Shown here: one piece after another, positions 49,609-61,875 of the stretch
Position numbering within the stretch: the first letter of the stretch is position 1
How the letters are laid out: each line of letters starts with the position of its first letter
Assembly (NCBI GenBank): GCA_047967505.1
Contig: CM106538.1
DNA: 64,000 nucleotides
Reading direction: 5' to 3' (one strand)
DNA from: Dipteris shenzhenensis
Lineage: Eukaryota
Made by a program: the position numbers and the translations under genes
The notes under the pieces: model-generated
Database searches by the model: none
What the model saw: the letters and a program-made list of their open reading frames with translations, nothing else
Told to the model about the DNA's origin: nothing

Positions 49609-49889
49609 AGCTCCCCAACTTGTATAAATACCCCATAATGGAATGAAGCCCACACTCTTTGGGGCATTGTGTTGAGTCTACTTTGGTATTCTAAGCATTT
49701 GTCTCAAGTGTCCATGCTTCCTTGCACTCCACGTCCAAAAGCATGTCCTAACCTTTCAACTCCTCCTCCCTTCTCCTCCAACCTTGCAACCCATCCTCTC
49801 CCTCTTCTCCTCCCTCCTCCTCCTCCTCTTCCCCCCTCTTCCTCCTCCTCCTCTCTCCTCCTCCTCCTCCTTCCTCCTCCTCCCTTCTC

Positions 49890-52084
49890 TGATGAGATAT
49901 CTCAAGGTGTATGCCCCAGGCACACCTTGGTTTCTATGTGTGTGTGCTAGAGGCACAGTTAGGTGCCCATAAGCACTGTTAGGTGGTGATAGATGCCACA
50001 TAGGATGATTGAGAGATTCTAGGAGCTGATTGAGGAGATGATTATGGAGCTCAGAGGTCATCAGTGATGTCAGTGATCTTGTAAGAGGTGCCTACATATG
50101 GACCTCACCTTTCTTCATTCCATAAGCAAGAATTCTCATTTTGTGTTCACTTCATGCTTTCCCTTCAGTTCCCCAACATGGTATCAGAGCACTATGATCC
50201 TCCTTGAGCCCATTTGTGCCACATCATCTTCTTCTTCTTCTTCATCTTCACCATTTCTTCCCAAAACTTGCTAGAGCTTGTTCTCCCTCATCTTTCCGCC
50301 ATTCTCAAAATCCTTGGAGTTGGAGAACCCCCAGACATAGGCGACCATACCTCCCAGATGATTTCATGACATTGTCCCTATGCAGCCCGAAGAGCGTAGT
50401 TTTTTGCCATCTCTCTGTTGCAGAATACTCCCTGCCTGTTGCACCATTGCTCGAGCCCTCTTAAGAGTAGATGGGCGACATCAAGATGATCATTTTGAGT
50501 CACTTTGCAGCTCATTTGGTTTAGTAACGAGGGAGAAAATGTCAAAATATAGACTCAACCTACAGCAGCTCCCCCAGGCAAAACAGCGCACCATTTTGCC
50601 CAACCTCTATGCTGGATCTTCTCCTTAGTGAGAGCTTTCTTTTTCTCTAGAAATCCCCTTGAGTGATTCACTCTATTGCTCCAATTTTGGCCTCCAGCCT
50701 CGAACTGCTCGATTTGGGGATAACTGTGATCTCTCTTTCCACTTGCAACTATTTCTAGAGGTTTCATGATAGAAAGTTCTGGAATTATATCAGTTTTATT
50801 TTTTTTAAAGGATGTTTGATCATTGGCTGTGATCTAGAGCACATTTGAGTTGCATCTTTGGAACACCTTCCTGTAGTTTGACAGTTTTACAAGCATATAC
50901 ATAAAAAAATTATGGTCAAAGGTCAGCATTTCTTCAAATATTTGACTGTCAAAGCTGCATTTATTATTACTTGACTGTATCAGATCAGTTTGACAGAGAT
51001 CTACCATCTCATGGCACCTTCATTTGACTCCAAGTATAAGAAAAAGATGAAGGTCAGATACCTAAGATATGCTTCTCTACACAACTATGGAGATGACAAG
51101 ATAATTGTTCTCTGAAAGGATATGATTTTCAGATCCACTTGTTTTACTTCTTTTATCATGGTACCATCTTATAAGGCACTAGACAATGCCCATTTTGGGT
51201 TAGACCCTCTCATGGCTTGCTTATGCAAAATATGTGAAAAGCCAAATCATAAAGCAATGTCTTGTTATGCTACAATGGAAGAGAATGCCAACATGGCTTC
51301 CTTGCTGCAGATTGCCAAGATAATGGTTGCCAAAAAGGAAGCAACTACAAAGCCAGAGACTACCAATCTACTTTTAGTTGATGTGCCTCCACAAGATGAG
51401 GCATCCTATGAAGATTATGCTTTTTGAACCATCTCCATGTATGCTCCAGATCTCTCTTTTTTTGTTGAGTCAAGGTACTCAGCCTAGATAGTCCTCCAAA
51501 ATGAATGAAATAAACTATTATAAACACCTCTGGTCACCATATGATGTAGGCCATGTGTATGTGTTTTGCTTCATGGTACCTTCTACCGACACTGTGTACA
51601 TGCAGGGGAGATAACCATTGGAAGGTCTTATGTATCCCTTTTGTTTACTTCACACACTTGGGAACCCCTTGCTAGCATGAGATCCTAGCCATAGATTAAT
51701 CCTTGACCACCATGAGATGGCATGAGAAACTATGAGACTAGATGTATCCTTGACGAGTCCTTGACATAGCCTGAGGCATTCCCTTGAGGGGGGTATGATG
51801 GGATATCTCAAGGTGTATGCCCCAGGCACACCTTGGTTTCTATGTGTGTGTGCTAGAGGCACAGTTAGGTGCCCATAAGCACTGTTAGGTGGTGGTAGAT
51901 GCCACATAGGATGATTGAGAGATTCTAGGAGCTGATTGAGGAGAAGATTGTGGAGCTCAGAGGTCATCACTGATGTCAGTGATCTTGTAAGAGGTGCCTA
52001 CATATGGACCTCACCTTTCTTCATTCCATAAGCAAGAATTCTCATTTTGTGTTCACTTCATGCTTTCCCTTCAGTTCCCCAACA
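49890..52084 (+). mobile_element. Intact non-autonomous LTR retroelement, family B
   Basis: 289-bp LTRs at 49890..50178 and 51796..52084 with about 5 differences. TSD TTCTC. PBS 50179..50190. PPT 51786..51793. No pol. Confidence 0.95.
51211..51427 (+). CDS. Small CCHC zinc-knuckle ORF in the family B internal region
   Basis: MACLCKICEKPNHKAMSC has Cx2Cx4Hx4C spacing. A homologous open ORF lies at 11062..11301 (-). Confidence 0.5.
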
Positions 52085-53808
52085 TTCTCCTCCTCCCTCC
52101 TCCTCCTCCTCTTCCCCCCTCGTCCTCCTCTCTCTTCTTTCTCCCATGCTCTTACACCTTCTTCCTCTCCCACTCCTATGCTCCCCCCTAAACCCTTAGT
52201 TCCTCAAACCTTAACCTCCATGATCTATGAGGGAGATGAGTTCTCCACCATGTACTCTACCTTGAACCTTGGAGCTAGGTGGTAGTAAGGATGAAGGAGT
52301 GTGAAGAGGGTGGGAAAGGGGGGCAAGGGAGTGTGAATGGGAGACAAAGATGGTGGACTTGGGAGGTGATCATGATGAGGATGTACCTACTCGAGTTGTG
52401 TGAAGAGAGAATATAGTAAATTATAGGCAACGCAAGTCAAAGGAAAGGAGATTCATACATAGAGCATAGAGGCACTCAAAGACAGATGGACAAGTAAGAT
52501 ACACATTAAGAGAGATGGACAAGTCACAATTGCTCAATCTCATAATTCCCATGCTCACATTCCCCATGAATTTAAGCGAATCCACAGGATCCATTCACAA
52601 GCATCTCTTCGACTCATACTTGCATCATTTCTCTATATAACATGAGTAGCCTATGGATGATTGCTATTAGGGAGGCCCAAAAAGAGCAGCAAGCAGGAGG
52701 ATGGCTGCGTGGGAGTGTCGTTAACAACATTTTGTTGGGATGGTATGGTGTTTTTGGTGGCTCTCTTTGATGAAGCAGGGTTTTGTTTTGTGAGATGGAA
52801 AAGAGGGTTTGTCTCAAATCATGGGTTGATCAACAATGCTATTCTCAAAATCTGCTGTCGGTCAGCCATCTCTCTGTAGTGAGCTGCTTCAGCAGCCAAG
52901 TAGATGATCCCAAAAGCAATGGTTGTAAGCATGATTCTTTTTCTTCTTCTTCTTCATCTTCATTGTGACTCAAATTCAACGCAGAGTCCCCTATTTTTCA
53001 TGGGCACAAGCCACAAAACATGTGGGATTTTTGTTGTCCACAGTTATTCTTTCTCTATTTTATCTGAAGTACAATAGAATATGTAAACCAGTGTCTGCCA
53101 ATTAACAACAGCAATGGCAAAGCTTGTCAAAAACTGCATGTGAAAAAGAACAAGGCCGATGCTCATGAAGATTGCCTTCAGTAGCACGAACAATAGAAGC
53201 TCGCAACGTGCTTTATGCATCACCACCAGCTATATGCTTCGTGATCAGCTATATCGCAACCAAGTGTGGATTCTTGGAGAATTCTAATGGTCAGTTTCTC
53301 CCCCTTGATATTCGATGTACTGATTCAAAGTTGGAGGCTACTGCCTAGAGAACTGCAGGTGATTGGTGGAGCGAATCTGTGAAATACAAATGTGGGGATG
53401 CCTAGCCATTAGAGCCACCCACTCTCGAGCCATCACATCCATTAGGCAACCTAGATAACCTTGACCGATTTCACCCAACTTTAATTGGTGTGCGATTGCT
53501 AATGAGACTCATGGGGGAGAGAGAAAGGTCGATTGGGAAAACGGACAGCTCGAAGACACCACAAGACTCTTCAAAATTGAAAAGCTAGTAGATGCATGTT
53601 TGCAAAAAACTTTAAAACTATATCAACATAAAAGCCAGCTCATTGTGTGTGTTCTGGAACCCAAAATTTCTCACAACACTGAGCCAATACCTTCTATGAT
53701 CTAGAAGCCTCAATTGCCTATCGTTGTAGGCACTGCCATGTTGATAAATACTATTGTTCAAGAAATGGAGGGATTAATAACTAAAAGAGTGAGAAGCATT
53801 AGTGTGGA

Positions 53809-54085
53809 TAAGAAAGCATCTGAAAAGCAAAAGAAGAAACATGATTGCCAAGTGTAGGCAAGCAAGCTCTGACCATGAGCCTTGGGATCAGTGGGATGCA
53901 TTGGGTAGTTTGAGAGGGATTGCTTGAAGTGGAAATCCAAATATCGTAAGAAAGCATCCAAAAAGCAAAAGAAGAAACATGATTGCCAGGTGTAGGCAAG
54001 CAAGCTTTAACCATGAGCCTTGGGATCAGTGGGATGCATTGGATAGTTTGAGAGGGATTGCTTGAAGTGGAAATCCAAATATCGT
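53809..54085. repeat. 138-bp tandem duplication
   Basis: taagaaagcatc...gaaatccaaatatcg starts at both 53809 and 53947. Confidence 0.9.
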
Positions 54086-54880
54086 GCTGCACAATACACA
54101 CTCCATAATATTTTGGTTTACTTCTCATGAGAACCTATCCATCGCTTGAACCGCTTTTCTGCAAAGTTGCAGATGCCAGGCTATGACCATAGGCAACTGT
54201 TTCACATCTACCCTAGCAAGATTTCCACATCCTCTATGATATTTTTGTGCATGCGCTCTCCCATAGAGGATGTTTCTTCTTGAGCTAGATTCCCTTACAT
54301 ACACACGAGTTCACTCTTGATCTAGCCTATATGTACCTAGCCTGAGTAGTGGATACAATCATATATAGAGGGTGATGGAGTATCTCAATTCAATGGTGTA
54401 GATAACAGCACTTGAAATCAAGTTTATATCTATGTGTTTTATATGACGTGCTAGAAACTTTAAAGTGCCATAGCATGGTCTTAATGACCATTTGGTGAAT
54501 TTGCTCCTTCCAAATCTATTGTACTATGGAAAGAAAGAATGTCTCTCAAGTGGGACAATCCATTAGCCTTCAAACGCTAGGCTTCAAGAAATTGGTACCT
54601 CTATACTTCCATATTTCAAAGAAATGTGGTGTCGAGCAAAGAGCTATGCCATGTGGTGCCTTTCTAGGCTCCTCCCAAATGCCTCCCTTCTACTTGCCCT
54701 TAATAGCCATGTGGCATAGTTCTTGGCTAGCTGCCTTCCATGAACCCAACCCACACAACGAGATCATCTCCATTCTATACTCTTGACTTATGTTCCCTTA
54801 ATCGTGTACTCTGCACCTACATTCCCTTACTCAATCCTTCTTTGTGGCCTACACTGCCTTATGAAGGACATCAACTTGCA

Positions 54881-54993
54881 TGATCAGTGGAGCATAATCG
54901 TGGAACATTCTTGCGAAAGCATGAAAGGTTTGATCAGTGGAGCATGATTGTGGAACATTCTTGCGAAAGCATTGTAGGCTTGATCAGTGGAGC
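54881..54993. repeat. 50-bp tandem repeat, 2 copies plus a partial
   Basis: tgatcagtggagc at 54881, 54931 and 54981. Confidence 0.85.
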
Positions 54994-55189
54994 GTGAACA
55001 CTCGAGGTCTTTTTAATATGTTACGCAAGTTTTTTATTGCATTCAAATTGCCATTGAGAAGAAAGAGAGGAGAAGGGAGAGAGGAAGACGTATCTGCATG
55101 TTCATCATTTAGATACAATCCACATCCAATTCTACAAACATGTGATTGTTTCTTCATTTCACAATTAAAATAATTGTGTTATATGGATA

Positions 55190-57393
55190 GTCTAACTACA
55201 CACACACACACATACAAATGCACACCTAACTTAACCCTTATTTTTTGTGTTTTTCATCGTAGGCACTCCTATGTGATCGTCGTTAGCTCACCGACTTCAC
55301 GCCACTAGTACCTCTTCTCTAGACCCTTTATTACACCAGGTTGGTAATGTTTATTTGTTTGTTATTAATTTTTATAAGGTAGAGGTAAAAAAGCACTCGC
55401 ATGCATGCACGCGCACACACACACACACCCCCTTTTGCCTAATGTGTGGCTATGCACATACATGCATATCTAGGCTTTACGCACACATCCATACTACACA
55501 CGCTTATGCTTATATTTCATGATTACGATTATGCTTATATTTTATGATTATGTTCCATCAAGTTAGATGCCATGCATATATGTTTGTACATGTCTATATA
55601 TCATATTCACATACATGCACCTATATGGCTACACACATTCATATAGGTGCTTGGTTAGAGTACAATAAAACACACACACACACACACACACAAGAGACAC
55701 TCTTTTTCCTAATGTGTAGCTATGCACATACATGCATAGCTAGACTTTGCACTCAAGTCCATACTACACATGTTAATGCTTATATTTCATGGACATGATT
55801 ATGTTCCATCAAGTTAGATGTCATGCACATATGTTTACATGTTTATATATCATATTCACATACATGCACCTATATGTCTACACACATTGATATAAGTGAT
55901 TGCTTAGTACAATAAAAAAATGGCCCAATAACATGCGATCTCTATATATCTTATTCACATATATAAGTGAATAGTTAGTACAATAACAAAATGCCCAAAT
56001 ATGTGAGCTCTAGATCTATCTACTTATCTATTATAATATGACTATACATACACACAGTCATATAGATAGACAAACTAGGATATGTGTGTGTGTATGTGTG
56101 TGTATGTATATATACTATGTATATATAGATACACGCATGGAACTGTTTCAAATGCAAACATGTTTTTACACATTTTGATATGGGCACAGTTATAAATATG
56201 GTTTTAGCCGTTGTTCCAAATGATGCAGAGGTGATTCCTAATATCATGATGTTGACCATCCATGATCGACAATGTCTTCAAACTATGAAATGACTCGCAA
56301 GAGGAGGATCTTCCACCTACACAACCAAACGGACATCTAAGTGCATGTCATCTTCTAGACAAAGCACCATCGCTATTGCAAAACGTCTGAAGTCCATAGG
56401 TGAAAAATGGCATCCAGGAGGGCAAGATGGTCCATCTGTATAACAAGACACACCAATATATGCCATTCATCTTCAATGCAACATGCTATCAGTGCAAAGA
56501 AATTAAAGTCCATTCAGGATGTATGTGAGCGTAACGAGCATATGAATTCGATGAATGCAACAAATCTATGCTCCTTATGGGGTGAAATTCTTTTGGATAA
56601 TAGTGGAGTAATAGGAGAGGGAATGGGTGCGATCGATGAAACTATCAATTGGAGGATTAATCGGATTGAGAATAGCGTCAAGGCTACAAATGAGCACATG
56701 CAGAATCTTTTGGGGGGTGGTAGGGAAGGCTCAGTTGTTTGTGATAAAGGTTGTAGGCTACAAGTCGACGACTTAAAGGAGCAAGTTACTTTGTTGCATG
56801 CCAAGATGTCAACGTCTAAAGTTAGTTTGAATAGGTTGTCACCTATTATGACAAGAGTGAGCCGTAAGCTAGACCGTATTTCAACCTATGGTAATTGAAA
56901 TTACCATAGGTACATCTTTTTTGATATTGTATTGGAATCCAAAATTTTGACAAACAATTTTCATAATTAGATCATCCTTAGGTTATTCAGTATGTGTTTA
57001 TTGCACAAAAGTTTTATGCCAACTTTTCAATTGCAATAATAGCACTTTATGGTTGCTCGGATTTTTTTGGAGATACAATATGGTGGTGCCATGTAGGAAT
57101 GTGTGTACATGTGCAACTCCATTGATTAATTATGGAGGTGATGGATAATAACTATGTGAGTGATAATTCAAAAGGCATACATGTAAATGTATGTAGCTTG
57201 CACATATGAGGACACACGTGGAAACATACGAGCAAACATGCAAACATATAGGCACACCCAAATATAGTAACACCATAGTCAACTCATATATCCAAAAAAT
57301 CAACAAGAAATATGTTATATATATATTATATATATATATACATAACATGTTTACCTATAGGTAGATGGAGAGAGAGAAAGAGAGAATCAAAGA

Positions 57394-57446
<53 letters not shown>

Positions 57447-57470
57447 AGAGAGAGAGAGAGAGAGAGAGAG
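55190..57470. repeat. CA/GA/TA microsatellite-rich region upstream of the Helitron RepHel, with a ~260-bp diverged duplication
   Basis: (CA)n at ~55200, ~55415, ~55670 and ~57399..57443; (GA)n at 57448..57470. ~55420..55670 resembles ~55680..55920. Confidence 0.7.
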
Positions 57471-57489
57471 AAATATAGCTGTTTTTATT

Positions 57490-60400
57490 TACAGGAGATG
57501 GTGGAATGTGTATCACATTCGGTACATCTTCATAGGAGCAAGGTGTTATATGCGACACATAGGGCACATCATGATGTTGCTAGGCAAAGAACACTATTTA
57601 AAAGGCAAGCTCCTAGAAATGGAGAGGCAGCTATGGAATTTCATCCGGATGGTGCACTTAATTTGCCTTTTGGAGAAAGAAATGCACCAAATACTCCTAT
57701 TATAAGTGGAAGGATATCTATGGTTGCAACTAGGGCATTTAGACGTTCAATTGCTAGACAACGCGTTGCCAACAACCAGCGCAATGCCAACAACATAGGT
57801 ACGATTTTCCAATTCAGATGAGTGCCTCTCTATTCTGTGTCAATTTCCTTTTAGTGACGATATAGGGCACCTAGCTCTATATCATTTGTGCTCCTACTCT
57901 CCATTCGCATCTTTGTGAATTTTTCCATGCTCAATTATGGAAGCAAGAAACTCAAACAAATATGCATCGAGTTGTAGGAAAGCATTGCTGTAAACTTGGT
58001 TGTCTAAGGTTATTGCCATTAGAAGAGCCACCCAAGACTTTAAAGACTTTATTGCATGGAAATGATGCCACGAGTAAATCATTTAAGAAGAACATAAAGG
58101 TTTATAATAGTGTGATGGTATTTGTTTCACTGGGTGCCCCAATAGATGGAATGTTTCAGGGGATTAGAGGTATACACAATTTTCGAGTTCATGGTAGTGT
58201 GTACCATTGTGTCGGAAATGTGTTGCTTGATGCGATTAGACAAGAAGTCCCACGTTTTGCACAACTATATGTGTTTGACATAGAGCATGAATTGCAGAAT
58301 CGTTTGAATGGGATGCCTGGATCGGATGTTGGTATTTTGGAGGAGCTGCAGGGAATGATGCATGCCTACAACTCATATGCCAGTGCATTGTTAGTTGTGG
58401 GGGAAGTTTTAAAAAGAAATCCGTATGTAGACTTAAAGATGGTGATTTGTGAAAATTGCTCAATCTCCAAACAATACTTAGCTCCCACTGCTAGTGAGGT
58501 TGCTGCTATCATGCCACGGAAAGGGGATGACTTTGATCTTGGAAATCGAGACATTTAAATTTTAAGCCGCAATGGGATTGTCAAAAGAATATCCAATTTG
58601 CATCGATCATACATGCCTCTCATGTATGTTCTTCTGTTTCCTTGAGGGGAGGACAACTGGCATGTACACATGCCATACAATGATGTTCCTGGTGACATGC
58701 CATTACATGATCGATACAGAGTCATAAGAGCATTACACAAAGGCAATACTATGCATACCGTCTGCAAGTGAGAGAAGATACAAATGCTTGCCTTCTACAT
58801 GGAGGAATATTTCTACAACAATTCATTGTCGATGCATACAATAGCATAGGAAAATCTAGGCCGATATGCATATGGAATAATCAAGTATCTCTGCATGGAG
58901 AAGTTTATCAAAGATTGACGAACATGGTGAATGCAGTTGATGGGACACATACTATAATTGGCAATGCTGCAGGGCGGATAATTGTGTTGCCATCTTCCTT
59001 TATAGGAGGACCACAATATATGTGTCAGTTATATCAAGATGCAATGGCTATTGTCAAAAAAAGAGATAAACTTGATTTGTTTATTACATTCACTTGTAGT
59101 CCGAAATGGCCTGAAATATCTGAAGCTCTATTGCTAGGCCAAAGTCATAGGATCAACCAGATCTGACAATCTGTGTGTTTTATCAAAAGCACAAAGACAT
59201 GATGCAATCAATTTTGAAGGATAATATGTTTGGCAAAATGGCTGGGTATGTCTATGTGATAGAATAAGAGAGGTTTGCCACACTCACATATACTATTGAT
59301 TTTAGATGGCGCATTCAAACCTACAGAGGTTACCCACTATGATCGATTGGTATGTGCTGAGCTTCCTGATGTGGCATTATTTTCAGAGTTGCATGCAGTC
59401 ATTAAACAGTGTAATGTTCATGGTCCATGTGGTGCACTGAATCCTAAGTGTAATGAGGTTTGCCACACTCACATATACTATTGATTTTAGATGGCGCATT
59501 CAAACCTACAGAGGTTACCCACTATGATCGATTGGTATGTGCTGAGCTTCCTGATGTGGCATTATTTTCAGAGTTGCATGCAGTCATTAAACAGTGTAAT
59601 GTTCATGGTCCATGTGGTGCACTGAATCCCTCTGCTGCTTGCATGGTGCAAGGTAAATGCAATCGTCATTACCCACGAGCCTTCTCTCCATGTACTATTG
59701 TGGGTAATGATGGTTATCCTATTTACATGCATTGGGATGATGGTAGACATATAGAAGTGAAAGAGGGTGTGGTAGAAAATCGTTGGATTGTGCCTTTCAA
59801 TCCTTTCCTTTCAATGAAGTATAAGGCACACATCAATGTTAAAGTTTGCTCCACAATCACAGCCGTTAAGTATCTATATAAATACGTATATAAGGGTCAT
59901 GATAGAGCAACGATGAGGATGTAGATCACAAATACTATGGAAGGGTGAGGAGCATTGCACAACTCAAATGATGGGGTTGTAGATGAGATCAACAACTATT
60001 TAGATGCACGTTATGTGTCAGCATCAAAAGCATGTTGGCAGATGTATGAGTATGACATGCATGATGAAAAGCCTGATGTGTAAAGGCTACAAGTTCATCT
60101 TCCTATGTTGAATAGTGTAATCTTTTGAAATGATGATGATTTGCAGAATATAGTGGATAGGGAACAAAACAGAAAAACTATTCTTAGAGAATGGTTCAAA
60201 TGCAATCAGTTACATCCTGAACCAGACGATCTACTTTATGGTGACTTTCCGAGTGGCTGGGTTTGGAACAAGCCCGGCAAGAAATGGAATAAAAGAAAGA
60301 CTGGAAACAGCATTGGCCTAATGTACAATGTTTCTCCAAGAGCAATATTTCATGCATATGTTACTCAACGTTTGCAAGGGTTGTAAGTCGTTTGATGACC

Positions 60401-61620
60401 TGCGCACATTTTCTAGACATCTTTATCCTTCTTTCAAGGCAGCATGCATTGCTAGAGGACTATTGGAAAGTGATGAGGAGTGGTTTGTTTATATGCAAGA
60501 GGCTATGTTTGATCAAAATAGTGTGCAATTGAGATACCTATTCGTTACAATCTTAGTCTTTTGTGAGCCTACATCTCCTAGCCTTTTGTGGGAAAAATTC
60601 TCTTCGGCACTTTTGAATGATTTTTTCTATGCATTTGAATCAACTATAAATGATATGATTGATCATCGGGCAATGGTAGTAAAGGAGATCCTATTGCAAT
60701 TGGAGCACAATCTTCTACAGCATGGATGAAGGTTATCAGATTTTAATGGGTTACCTATGGTGGACAGATCACCTTTCCTAGTCGTAAATGGTTTACTACA
60801 AGAGGAGAGAATGTTCAATGTTGGGCAACATGCACAAATTGCTCGACATATGGAAATAACTTTAAATAATTGTCAGTGGGCTGCCCTTGAACAAATTTTG
60901 GCGGCAGTGTATGCAAATGCTGGTGGGGTGTATTTTCTTGATGACCCAAGAGAATCTGAAAAGACCTTTCTATATAATTGTTTGATCTCTTGACTGCCTG
61001 GTGAGGGACACATTGCTTTAGCATGCGTGTCTTCTAGCATTGCAACATTACTATTAGCAAATGGCCGGACAGCACACTCACGCTTCAAGATACCATTGGA
61101 TCTGCATGCCACTAGCACATGCAATATAAGGGTTAATAGCCACCTTGCCAATGGTTTGAAGGTAGCCAAGATAATAATATGGGACGAGGCACCTATGACT
61201 CACCACTATGCATTTGAAGCATTGGACGAGACGTTGCAAGATATCATGTCCAGTGACCAACTTTTTGGTGGAAAGGTGGTGCTGTTGGGGGGAGCTTTTA
61301 GACGGGTGTTGCCAGTGGTTCCAAAGGCAGGCCGAGAGGAAATTGTCAATGCTGCATTGTGCCATTCAAAAATTTGGAGATATACAAAAGACTTGCGGCT
61401 CACTCAAAATATGCGGGTCCTTCAAAAGGGAGATAACTCATCGGAGCACGAATTCATACAGTGGGTTCTAGACATAGGCAATGGAACAAATAGAGGAATG
61501 CAAGAAGATGAGGTTGTAATACCAAAAAAAATGCATTTGGAGACAAAGTTCATGGAAGGCTTGATTGATTGGGTTTATAAAGGCCTTCCAAAAATTTGTC
61601 TAAAAGATCATCAATCCTAG
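57490..61620 (+). mobile_element. Helitron RepHel pseudogene (HUH/Y2 Rep plus PIF1-like helicase), 3'-truncated
   Basis: NIKVYNS..FVSLG, LPSSFIGGP, DLFITFTCSPKWPEI, RGLPHSHILL (HUH), KYLYKYVYKG (Y2), GRTAHSRFKIP, IIWDEAPM, FGGKVVLLGG. Many stops and frameshifts. Confidence 0.93.
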
Positions 61621-61689
61621 GGGTTGGGTATTTGTTCTTCACTATGATTTTGTTTAGTGCATGGTAGTCTAATATACACATTTGATAGG

Positions 61690-61875
61690 TTCCATTATTG
61701 TTTTTGACTAATGATAGGTACTCCATAAGGAGAACTACTGGGTCTTATCAATCCTCTCTCTATGAGTTCCTCCACTTGCTTTTGAATTTCCTTTCATTCT
61801 AGTCAGTTGAGTCTATAAGGAGCCTTGCAAGGTGGAATATTGCCTGCCGATAGGATTTCTATCCTATGATCTTCA
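61690..61875 (-). pseudogene. Short Ty3/gypsy RT N-terminal fragment
   Basis: Minus-strand [40 protein letters not shown]. Confidence 0.75.

Noticed and set aside
52600-53800. Possible host gene or transposon ORF fragments
   Set aside because: Short broken frames with no motif I can recognise, so no call is supportable.
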